DNA of 64,000 bases from Eledone cirrhosa (taxonomy: Eukaryota). The translations under genes and the position numbers were made by a program. The notes under the pieces were generated by a model. It was given only the letters and a program-made list of their open reading frames with translations. It had not been told where the DNA came from and ran no database searches. Below, in pieces: positions 13,404 through 26,456 of this stretch (positions are counted from its first letter, which is position 1; the number at the start of each line of letters is the position of its first letter). Location: contig OZ024742.1 of the NCBI GenBank assembly GCA_964016885.1, positions 302,002,001-302,066,000 on the forward strand, read 5' to 3'.

Positions 13404-14162
13404 TATAAATAGTCTTCAATAATGTAGAAAATAATATATTGTTGAACTATAATTGTCAGAAATAATAAAACACTGTTCAGCTCTTGGATGAAAGAAATAT
13501 GATGGCAATTTAGGTGACAAGTTTAGGAGATGGCAATTTGATATCTTCCTCTTTACCTCTATAACACACAGTTGGTCAATGGTAGAACAGCAGCTAGTTA
13601 TAGCTATCTACCTATTTTCCAGCAATAAAAACAACATCCATATATCTATCTACCTACCAATCCATCAATCTATATATATATACAATATCTGTCTGTTTAT
13701 TTAGCTATCTGCTTGTCCTTCAATCTATAACTATGCACTAACCTATTGGTCTATCTATCTATCTACCTACCTGTCAGACTATAATTATCTATCTATCTAT
13801 CTATATATATTTACCAATGTATCTATCTTTGGACAAGAACAATAACAACACAATCATCATAGTTTTGTGGGTTCTCTGCTCATATAATAATTATTTCTAT
13901 TTTAGGCACAAGGCCAGCAATTACCCAGTACATTACTGATACTTTATTTTATCGACCCCGTAAGGATGAAAGGCAAAGTTTACCTCGGCGGGATTTGAAC
14001 TCAGACCGTAAAAGGACGTAACTCTGCTCATATAATAATAAAACATGGTATATAATTTATAATTTAAATCATAAACGATATTTTATATTTTTTTCATCCA
14101 AGTGATAAACAGTGTTTTATGACTTCCAACAATTATATTTAATGAATATACATGAATGTCTA

Positions 14163-14214
<52 letters not shown>

Positions 14215-14253
14215 GACATATATACGTGTGTGTATGTTCAGTGAACATGAAGT

Positions 14254-14426
14254 TTATTGTGTAAATAAGTCTATGTCCTTCATGGCGAATAAAACATCGT
14301 CCTGGCTGATATTTAAGCGAACCTTCATCTCTAAGTCCATTTGGCCATGTTCAGACAACAAAATCTTCATGGAACTCAGACGAGAGCAAATAGAAAACAA
14401 TTCAGAAAATGTTGGTGGTGGAAGAC
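14254..14426 (-). CDS. ORC1: ORC1 exon 15 (last; winged helix, TAA stop)
   Basis: ttacag|GT CTT...: (G)[56 protein letters not shown]. Confidence 0.93.
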
Positions 14427-17400
14427 CTGTAAAGAAGAAGAAAAAAAGTAAGAAGTGAGTTATTACATGTGTATTTCTTTTTCAATCTCATTGTATGTAT
14501 CTATAGTCCTGTAACTCCGAGTCATAGGGATGCTGTATTGAAATACAGAGTCTTGGGCATTTTAAGCCTGGCGGAGCTCATCTCTCTCCAGACCTGAGTA
14601 CAGCAGATTTCTTCCAGAGAAAGATAGAAAGTGAGAAAGAGGAAAATCAACCCCAGTACTAGACTAGTACTTTTTTTTATCAACCTTGAAAGGATGAAAG
14701 GCAAAATTGACCTTGGTGGGATCTGAACTCTGAGAGCAGAGAGCTGGAATGAATACCATAAAGCATTCTATCCAATGTTCTAACGACTCTGCCAATTCGC
14801 CGCCTTCAGTCTCTGTAATACATTCATTTATTCTAGTACTGATTTCAATCATGGGACTGTGGCCATGCTGGGGCACCACCTTCATTAGCACCCAGCTTCT
14901 ATTAACTCCAATATTTATTTCAATCTGGTACTTATTTTATCAATCTCTGTTTGTCAAACTACTAAGTTATAAGACAGAGAGGACACAGCATAAACAATGA
15001 CACAACACACATTATATGTGAGTTTGGGCCATAAGACAAAATATTGAAAAATGAGAACAACAATTTGAATAATCCAAAATTCAGGTGACCGAATATATAT
15101 TGAAACTGTGTAGACAGAAACAGTTTGGAAGCCTGTCAGATGGATTGTATCTTCAATTTAACGGGTCAGCTTTGTTAACTCTTTAGCATTTACATTACTC
15201 TCTATATTTACTACCATATTTTCATGGTAAACGCTCTACCTAACATAATTATCTCACATAATATTGAATCTATGAGATTTTTATATTATTTATTTTAAGA
15301 ACAATACCTTAACATCAGTATGAGCGGCTGGTTACAGCCAGTTTGAACAGAGGTGAGGGAATTCTGGCCAGAAATGGCCAGTTTAAACGTTGTGTCATGT
15401 TAAATTTCCCTGAGAATTATAATATGTATCTGTGGAATGCTCAGCCACTTACACATTAATTTCATGAGCCGGCTGGTCTGTTGATCAAACAGCAGGAACA
15501 TTCATTGTCAAAACTGACAGAGGTCCATCAATTTATTGACTCTGGAAGGGTAACTGGTAAAATGACATGAATAGGATTAAATACCACAAAACCTTTTATC
15601 CACTGCTCCAATGCTTTCTCCAATTTTCCACCTCTCACAACATTGAGAGCAAAAAACATTTAACATTAAGGCAGAACCTGACACAATTTGTTTATTTTAT
15701 TAACTAAGACTCCCATAGCTTTACTGGGATTGTAATGGTTTTGTTTGACACTGACCTTCTAACCTGCAAAGAGAGATGTGTTGAGTATAAAGCTTGGTAA
15801 ACTGTGCTTCTTCAAAACCACAACGTTGGAACTCAGCAATAATGGCTCTGAGGAATAGTTGCTCCTGTTCTGAGGCATTCCTGGAGGGGGAGTAAAATTG
15901 AGAGAAACGTTAGTTATTGCTGAAATTACTTTTCTACAACAGAAACATTCAACTTATTGTGCAACAAAAGGTCCACTTAACCGAATGGTCATATGGTCAG
16001 ACCCAGGGACTTCACTCTGTTGCTACTTCAAGGTTCCCAGAGACTGTGTGAAGAACATAAACTGGAAGCCTCAGCTTCAAATTATATATATATATATATA
16101 TATGGAGGCACATGGCTTAGTGGTTAGAGCATTGGCCTTGCAATCGAAAGGCTGAGTTCAATTCTCAGACCGGGTGATGTGTTGTTTCCTTGAGCAAGAC
16201 ACTTTATTTCACATTGCTCCAGTTTACTCAGCTGTAGAAATGAGTTCCACTGCAAAGTGGTCGTGGAGGTGCCACTGCAAAAAAGCACCCTCCACTCACT
16301 GTAAATGAGGTTGGTGTTAGGAAGGGCATCACTACTAAAGTGACTATACCTACCACATTCACTACTAAAGTCATTATATGTACCACATTTACTACTAAAG
16401 TCATTATATGTACCACATTTACTACTAAAGTCATTATATGTACCACATTCACTACTAAAGTCACTATATGTACCACATTTACTACTAAAGTCACTATATG
16501 TACCACATTCACTACTAAAGTCACTATATGTACCACAATTACTACTAAAGTCACTATATGTACCACATTTACTACTAAAGTCACTATATGTACCACATTT
16601 ACTACTAAAATCACTATATTTACCACATTCACTACTAAAGTCATTATATGTACCACATTTACTACTAAAGTTACTATATGTACCACATTCATTACTAAAG
16701 TCACTATATGTACCACATTCACTACTAAAGTCACTATATGTACCACATTTACTACTAAAGTCACTATATGTACCACATTCACTACTAAAGTCACTATATG
16801 TACCACATTTACTACTAAAGTCACTATATGTACCACATTTACTACTAAAGTCACTATATGTACCACATTTACTACTAAAGTCACTATGTGTACCACATTT
16901 ACTACTAAAGTCACTATATGTACCACATTCACTACTAAAGTCACTATATGTACCACATTCACTACTAAAGTCACTATATGTACCACATTTACTACTAAAG
17001 TCACTATATGTACCACATTCACTACTAAAGTCACTATATGTACCACATTTACTACTAAAGTCACTATATGTACCACATTTACTACTAAAGTCACTATATG
17101 TACCACATTTACTACTAAAGTCACTATATGTACCACATTCACTACTAAAGTCACTATATGCACCACATTCACTACTAAAGTCACTATATGTACCACATTT
17201 ACTACTAAAGTCACTATATGTACGACATTCGCTACTAAAGTCACTATATGTACCACAATTACTACTAAAGTCACTATATGTACCACATTTACTACTAAAG
17301 TCATTATATGCACCACAATTACTACTAAAGTCACTATATGTACCACATTTACTACTAAAGTCACTATATGTACCACATTTACTACTAAAGTCACTATATG

Positions 17401-20400
17401 TACCACATTTAGTACTAAAGTCACTATATGTACCACATTTACTACTAAAGTCACTATATGTACCACATTTACTACTAAAGTCACTATATGTACCACATTC
17501 ACTACTAAAGTCACTATATGTATCACATTTACTACTAAAGTCACTATATGTACCACATTTACTACTAAAGTCATTATATGTACCACATTCACTACTAAAG
17601 TCACTATATGTACAACATTCACTACTAAAGTCACTATATGTACCACATTCACTACTAAAGTCACTATATGTACCACATTTACTACTAAAGTCATTATATG
17701 TACCACATTTACTACTAAAGTCATTATATGTACCACATTCACTACTAAAGTCACTATATGTACCACATTCACTACTAAAGTCATTATATGTACCACATTC
17801 ACTACTAAAGTCACTATATGTACCACATTTACTACTAAAGTCACTATATGTACCACATTCACTACTAAAGTCACTATATGTACCACATTCACTACTAAGT
17901 CACTATATGTACCACATTTACTACTAAAGTCATTATATGTACCACATTTACTACTAAAGTCATTATATGTACCACATTTACTACTAAAGTCATTATATGT
18001 ACCACATTCACTACTAAAGTCACTATATGTACCACATTCACTACTAAAGTCACTATATGTACCACATTTACTACTAAAGTCACTATATGTACCACATTTA
18101 CTACTAAAGTCATTATATGTACCACATTCACTACTAAAGTCATTATATGTACCACATTCACTACTAAAGTCACTATATATATATACCACATTCACTACTA
18201 AAGTCATTATATGTACCACATTCACTACTAAAGTCACTATATATATATACCACATTCACTACTAAAGTCATTATATGTACCACATTCACTACTAAAGTCA
18301 CTATATATATATACCACATTCACTACTAAAGTCATTATATGTACCACATTCACTTCTAAAGTCACTATATTTACCACATTCACTACTAAAGTCACTATAT
18401 GTACCACATTCACTACTAAAGTTACTATATGTACCACATTTACTACTAAAGTCACTATATGTACCACATTCACTACTAAAGTCACTATATGTACCACATT
18501 CACTACTAAAGTCACTATATGTACCACATTCACTACTAAAGTCACTATATGTACCACATTCACTACTAAAGTTACTATATATACCACATTCACTACTAAA
18601 GTCACTATACCTACCACATTCACTACTAAAGTCACTATATGTACCACATGTAGAAATTAGGAATAAGAGGGATCAGAAGCTGTTTACTCGAGAGAAGAGT
18701 ACGTTGGTATGGCCACGTGATGCGCATGAAAGACGACAGTTGTATAAAAAAGTGCAGGGCGATCAAAATTGATAGTAGCTAAGGAGTAGGTATACCCAGA
18801 AAAACCTGGGATGATCTGATAAATTCCGACCTTACACACTTGCACCTCTCTAAGACAATGTCACTGGACCGAGATCTTTGGCACTACGCAGTAATACAGA
18901 AGACCCGCCTTGCCTATGTACAAAGCGAAACCTACAGTCAGTAGGCACCTCTTAACCAAATATACACCCCAATCCACTACCCCTACTCTATCCTCCCACT
19001 CCGACCAACACCACCCTCTCTCTATAAAGTTGGTACCATAACATGATCTGGAAGTAATTTGAAGCAATAGATTGAAATTTATGCAATTTTAAAACCAACC
19101 ACTCCCAAAGGAACATGTGTTCTGTCAAAACTAAAGCAAGAACCACCATCAAATGTATGGTAAAACTTGGTTTGAAGAAAAAGGACATTATTGAATCTAT
19201 ATATATATACAGGTATGTTATGACACAAACAATTCACTGAAGAAGTAATTTACCTGATCGCAGACACTTGGCTAGATGAATACATTTCCTGTAAAGCTTG
19301 ATTCACATGTGACATGCCGACAAGATTTTGTTCTGTTTTATTAGAATTGTTGCATCCTGCTATTTCAGTAGCTCTCCTGCAGATGTCTAATGCACGACGT
19401 GCATCTCCTGAGACAGCTGCAACCTGTAAAAATGATAAATGTACATCTAACCTCTCTTTTAGAATAATGTATGTATGTGTGTGTGTGTGTGTGTGTGTGT
19501 GAGTGAGTGTGTGTGCAGTAAATGTGGTTGGTGTTAGGAAAGGCATCCAGTCGTAGAAACCAAGCTGAAATCAGTTCTGTATGAGCCAGATACATCACCT
19601 GACTAGACTTGCCTCAAATGGGACAACCCATCTAACCCTTGCTAGCATGGAAAATAGGTGTTAAATGATAGAGATGTGCATGTGTGTCTCAGAGTTACAT
19701 ATCTTTACCAAGTGACATGATGTGTAATGTGCTTATAATATGTATGTAATGTGTGTATGACATTAAAGTTATTTAATCCGTGAAAACTAAAATAGCAGAT
19801 CTTGTTCTTCATAAAAATAAAAAGTTGAATATTGAGTTGATGGGTGTTTATAATTGTTGTTGTGGTGGTGTTACATCCTGGGTATGATATATTCTATGAC
19901 ATATCTTTGATAACATAGTCTATGTCTCTGATAATCTTTGATAATAGATTATATATGTCTTTGATATATCTTTGATAACACATTTTATATATCTTTGATA
20001 ACAGGTGCTATGATATAAATTTGACAACCGGTTTTATGATATCTCTTTGATAACATGTTTTATGATATATCTTTGATAATGGTTCATTTCTTTGTTTATC
20101 TTTAGTTTGCTTAATTGATAAATTTGAATTCTCTTGAACTGTTGAGGAGTTAACAAGAATAAGACTTATCATTGTTGTATATTTATATAATTTGATTGCA
20201 GTGTGAGGAAGGAGCAATGGCAGAGAGACAGTGATGGGAGGGTGTAGTAGAAGAAAGAGTGGTGGTAGGGTGTAATGGAAGAGAGACAGTGATGGCAGGG
20301 TGTAGTGGAAGAGAGACTAATATATATAGAAAAGAAAAGAATGAAAGTACAAAAGAGACAGTTCCTTACTTTACGTGCAGCTAGTTGGATGGCATCTTCA

Positions 20401-23400
20401 TCAAATGCTTTTAATCCTTTAAGTCGAGACAAAACAATTTGTTGAAGTTGTTTGAAAGAATATGGCTGAAATGTCATTCGAGTAAGTCCCTGGAAAGAGA
20501 ATCAATACATTTTGACTTAATTAACAGAAATTATTACTCACATATCTGTCCAAATATCTTTTAAAACAATATTTTATTTATCATATCAGAATCTAGCTGA
20601 AAGTTAACCTGTCTTTCCCAATTTTAAAAATATTATGTAGCAGATGGCGGTAGTTAGTTATTCACTTAAAAATAACAGAAGGCTCAAGCATAGTTATATA
20701 ATTAAGTGGTTAGTTAGTCACTTAAAAATAACAGAAGGCATAAGCATAAGTATGTAGTTAAGTAAAGTAAGACTTGAACTAACGGCATTTTCATTTTTGA
20801 TAGAATACATATAGTGTTCCTCCAAAAGGTCTTTAGAGTAACGTTACTTGATAAAGTGTGTAACACGGAGATCAGAGAGTCATTGCAGGTAGAGCCGTTA
20901 CTTTACCGAATTGAGAGACCACAGCTCCGATACTATAGGCATGTAGTTAGAATGTCTCAGGAAAGAATCGTTGGACAGATTTTATGGGCAAAACCAACCA
21001 GCAGGAGATCCAGAGGTAGACCTTGAGCAAAATGGTTGGATAACATCCATGAGCTTGGCTGGTCACGTTTGGTGATCCAGCTGGATCAATTGGGGATGGT
21101 TGCTTCTGATAGGACTTGTGGAAGGAGTGTTTGAAGATTCTGCCCCAACGACCTTCTCAGGAATAAGTGTGTGAAGAAGAAGAAGAAAAAGGATATATAG
21201 AATGGAGGAAATGATATTAAGTCACTATCCAATGAATCAAGAAATACATAATGTTTGAGATTTTTGGTGTGGAGTTGGGCCACTGACAAGGTGGAAGCTC
21301 GCCATACCCACATACTAGGTGATGCCAGTGAGAGTGCTTGGTTATTCTAGTGTCAGCTGTGAATGTGTTGGCCGATCTCAAATATTATTTGAGGGGGATT
21401 CTAGTACCACTTATTGTGATGTGGGATTGCATGTGTGTGTGTGCCTTGTCCCATATTTTTATACCATATACCTGTGCTGTAAGAAGCAACTAAAAGGGTT
21501 GGTGTCAAGAAGGGCATCTGGCTGTAAAACATTGCCATAAAATTCCCATCCAACCCATGCCGGCTTAGAAAAATCAATGTAAAAATGATGAGGATTATAT
21601 GTTTATTTGTTAAGTGGTCGTGTAGGTGTCAGGACAAAAAGCACCCAGCACACACTTTAAATGTGGTTGGCATTAGGAAGAGTATCCAGATGTAGAAACC
21701 AAGCCAGAAACAGTTCTGTATGAGCAAGACACGGTCACCTGACCTGACTTGCCTCAAATGCGACAACCTGTTTAACCCATGCTAGCATGGAAAATAGATG
21801 TTAAAAGATGATGATGATGATGAATTATGTGAAGTAAAAGTAAAACAGAAAAAATAAACAAAATAAAAGTATTAGGCATAACAAGAAAATTATGGAGAGA
21901 GTTGAGGAAAGAAATATAATGTAAAAACCCTTACTAGACGGCTAGAAACTCGTCTCATCATGATGCGTTCAGGTAAATCCATGGTGTTTGCTACAGCGAG
22001 TACCACCAGTCGTGCATGAGGTTTGGATGGCCAGTCAAATATATTATACATTACATCTTGTTTTCTTGTCCACAGTAGATCAAGCTAATTTCAAGGTAAA
22101 GAAATAAAAAGATTCAATTTATATATATATATATACAGATAGATAGATAGCATAAATATAGATCAAAATAAACTTCCTCAATCATATTATACTATAAATA
22201 GCTCCATGTCTATGAACACAAGGGCTAAAATCCAAATTTTCAGAGCTTCATTTATGAAGGTTATCTGTCGGAGAGGAACGGTACGTGTCCTCTGCTGTTC
22301 GCTATATATATATATCATTTTCATCATTTCATTTTATGTCCACTTTTCCCTGCTTGCAAGGGTGGGATGGGAACTGATTCTGGCTTGATTTCTACAGAAT
22401 TATAAAATAAAATAATATATAAAATAATACAAGAGTGATTAGTTAAGCCTTCATTACGTTTATTGATTGGCGACGTGTGTTTCGCTGTTGATCAGCTCAA
22501 GGTCCGATCTGTATCGATCTGGCCCGACTCTGGAATCAAAAGCTCATCTGTTGTAATGATGATGATGATGATCATCATTTTACGTCCGCTTTTTCCTGCT
22601 TGCAAGGGTGGGATGGGAACTGATTCTGGCTCGATTTCTACAGCTGGATGCCCTTCCTAACACCAACCTCATTTACAGTGAGTGCTGGGTGCTTTTTTGC
22701 TGTGTCACCTCCACGACCACTTTACAGTGGAATGATAGGGACCCCAGTCCCTATCATCTCATTTCTACAGCTGAGTAAACTGGAGCAATGTGAAATAAAG
22801 TGTCTTGCTCAAGGAAACAACACATCACCCGGTCTGAGAATTGCAAGGCCAATCATGTGCCTCTATCATCATCAACGTTTAACGTCCGTGTTCCATGCTT
22901 GCATGGGTTTGGACGGGGGTAGTCCCACTTGAGGCAAGAGTGATTGTCTTGCTCGCATAGGACTGTCTGGCAGGTTTTCTACAGTTGGATGCCCTTCCTA
23001 ACACCAACCACATTTACAGTGTGGGTCTGGGAGGTTTTTACCGTGTTGCCTACACGGCCACATTACAGCGTGGACTGTGTGTTTTTTGTCGTGACACCTA
23101 CACGATCTCATTTGTTTCGGCCTGGATGGCGCGGCACCAACATAACTTTACATAGAACGGGGTGGTGTGGATGGGGTCGGGGTGGTGGCGGGACGGGGTG
23201 TATTTTGTTAGAGATGCCTACTGGCAAGGCGGGTCTTCTCTGTTACTGAGTACCGCCAAAGGTCTCGGTCCAGTGACATTGTCTTGGAGAGGTGTAAGTG
23301 TGTGAGGTCGGAGTTTATCAGCTCATCCCAGGTTTTTCTAGGTCTGCCTATTCCGTGGCTACCGTCTATCTTCATATATATATATATATATATTTTCTTT

Positions 23401-24631
23401 TTTAATATAGAAATGGCTTCTACAGGACTAGAACTGTTTCATTTGAAGGAAATCATCAGGAAAGCCTTGATGATTTCCTTCGAATGAAACTGTTCTAGTC
23501 CTGTAGAAGCCATTTCTATATTAAAAATATATACTCTGCTATGTATTGAGTACCTTACTTACTGTGGTTACCCCTAATTAAACCCGGAGTACACACACAC
23601 ACACACATATATATATACATATATATCAGGATAGAACCAGTTTAAAAATAGTTAGACTATTACTCAAGAGTGTGGAACTGGCAGTTGAAATGGCAAGAGC
23701 TCACCTGTCGGGTTTTTACTCTTCACAATATATATAATATAGTAGAGTAAAACAAAGCATAATATGCAAAAATACATTTAAAAGCAAATACATATATATT
23801 TCAATAATAGCAAAGGGTTGGGATAAATAAAACACTTTAATGAATGGAAGAGTGGTCAGAGAAGAGAGAGAGAATAAATGAAAAAGCATGCATGAAATAT
23901 TTACACACTCAACACTGCAAATCATTTCATATCATGTTGTTTACATATACACATATATCATCATCATCATCTTCGTTTAACGTCCATCTTCCACGCTAGC
24001 ATGGGATAGACATCATCATCTTCCACGCTAGCATGGGATAGACATCATCATCTTCATTTAACGTCCATATATATCATCATCATCACCGTTTTACATCCGT
24101 CCTTCCATGCTAGCATGGGATGTCCTGTTGTGGGCAGTGTCCGGTCGGCTGACCATGCCTTGCTCATACGGGAACTGATGCTGGCTTGATTTCTACAGCT
24201 GGATGCCCTTCCTAACACCAACCTCATTTACAGTGAGTGCTGGGTCTTTTTTGCCGTGGCACCTCCACGACCACTTTGCAGTGGTATGGGGGCATATTGT
24301 CTATATGCTTCAGCTTTGGCTTGTACCCGTGGGGGTGGTCGGGTCTTCTGTATTACTGCGTGACGCCAGAGGTCACGGTCGTGTGTCATCATCGCCTTTG
24401 AGAGGTGTAATTGCGTAAGGTCGGCTTTTATCACGTCATCCCAGGTCTTCTTGGGTCTCCCCACTCTGCGGTTTCCATCGACTTCTAGTGCTCTGCACCT
24501 TTCTATGCAGCTGTCATCCTTCATACATATATATATATACACACACACACATACATATGCATATACACACACATATCCAATCCATGCTAACAGTTTATGC
24601 TGTAAAGTGATTGCCTTTAAGAATATATATG

Positions 24632-24667
<36 letters not shown>

Positions 24668-25427
24668 CATAGGTTCGAATCCTGGACTAATAATTATTCT
24701 CTTTGATGATGATGATATCAAAAAAAAAAATAAATTAAGAAGAAAAATATCAGAAATTATTCTTTAACCCTTTAGAATTTAAACCAATTGTATCTGGCCA
24801 GAATTCTCTCATATCTTTCTGTTCAAACTAGCTGTAACTGGCCGCTCATACTGATATCAAGGTATTGTTCTCAAAATAAATAATATCAAAATCTCATAGA
24901 TTCGATATTATGGGATGTAAAGTCTTTACTGTGAAAATATGATAGTATATGCAAAGTAATGTAAATGCTAAAAGGTTAACTTGTAATATCCTGTAAGGAT
25001 TTCACAGAAAATTTCTAAAAATATGTTTGTTAATTAAAATGTTTATAGTATCTTTACTCCTGGATACATTGTTAATATGATGCAAGCATAGTGTTCTTTT
25101 GTACTTTTCAAGAGTGTTTATTAACATGGTTTCATGTGGTACAAGATATTAAGAATTAAAAAAACCTAAAACAAACACACACACATAATTTATTGATCAG
25201 CTTCAAAGCTAACCATATTGAGACACTTACCTCATCAACAAGCAGTATATTGGTTTCTCTTCTTGGTGCCGAACTGTTGAATCTTTTATGGAGAATATTA
25301 ACAGCATGCTCAGCAGTAGCTTTCTGTCCAGTCAATTGCTGAAAGTAAGAATATAATTATCATTAAGAGGACTCTACAGTTATGTCAGAGATATTACAAC
25401 CTCATTGGTGTTGGTGCCATGGAAATG

Positions 25428-25492
<65 letters not shown>

Positions 25493-26407
25493 CTATCAAG
25501 GTGTCCCACAAAATTGTATACACACTTCAACAACATTCTAATCCAAGTGTGTATACAAGTCTGTATATAAATATATATATAAAAAAAGAGAGAGAGAGAG
25601 AAGATGGAGAGAGGTGATAGGGAAAGAGGGAGAGTGTGGGAATGTATGTAAGTAAGATGCATTAAGTTCAATCCTATCATGGGGCAGAGGAAAACTGTAT
25701 TGAGGCCCGCAGTTTATGTTTATATCATATCATCATCACCATTTAACATCTCTTTTTCATACTAGCTCATATGGAACTGTTTTTGGCTTGGTTTCTCAGG
25801 CCAGATGCCTTTCCTAATGCCAACCACTTTACAGCATGGACTATGTGCTTTTCATTTTGGCATCAGCATGACTATCTACAGAGTGAACTGGGTGTTTTTT
25901 GTTGTGTCACCAGCACAATCACCATAACAGAGTGGACTGGGTGGTTTTTTTCACGTCACCAGTATGACCGCCTCATAACGTAGACTGGGTGTTTTTGTGT
26001 CATCAGCACAACCACCTTACGGAGTGGTGATTGGCAGTATTGATAGAGGATCTGATGCTATGCTTTGCAGCAAAGAGTTACAGCCCTTTATCGTCTGAGT
26101 TCAAATCCCGCCAAGGTTACCTTTGCCTTTCATCCTTACATGGTCGATAAAATAAAGCACCAGTAATGTACTGGGGTCGATTTAATCGACTTTCCCCTCC
26201 CCTTCAAATTGTTCACCTTGTGCCTAAAGTAGAAACAATTCATCATCGTCGTTTAACGTCTATCTTCCACGCTAGCATGGGTTTAGACGGGAGTTGTCCC
26301 ATTGAGGCAAGATTGGTCGCCTCGCTCGTATAGCACTGTCTGGCAGGTTTTCTATGGCTGGATGCCCTTCCTAACACCAACCACGTTTACAGTGTGGAAC
26401 TGGGAGG

Positions 26408-26456
<49 letters not shown>

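Noticed and set aside
16103-16180. Possible tRNA genes at SINE heads (also near 26540-26605 and 33010-33100)
   Set aside because: A/B boxes are present but there is no complete cloverleaf, and each continues into a repeated SINE body.
16228-18647. Long ORFs of 675 aa and 641 aa ([10 protein letters not shown] / [10 protein letters not shown] repeats)
   Set aside because: They are by-products of a 30-bp (10-codon) satellite within an intron. They are open on both strands, broken by unit indels, and have no unique domain or splice support.
16331-18648. CRISPR-like regular array
   Set aside because: The units are head-to-tail with no unique spacers, there are no cas genes, and the context is eukaryotic.
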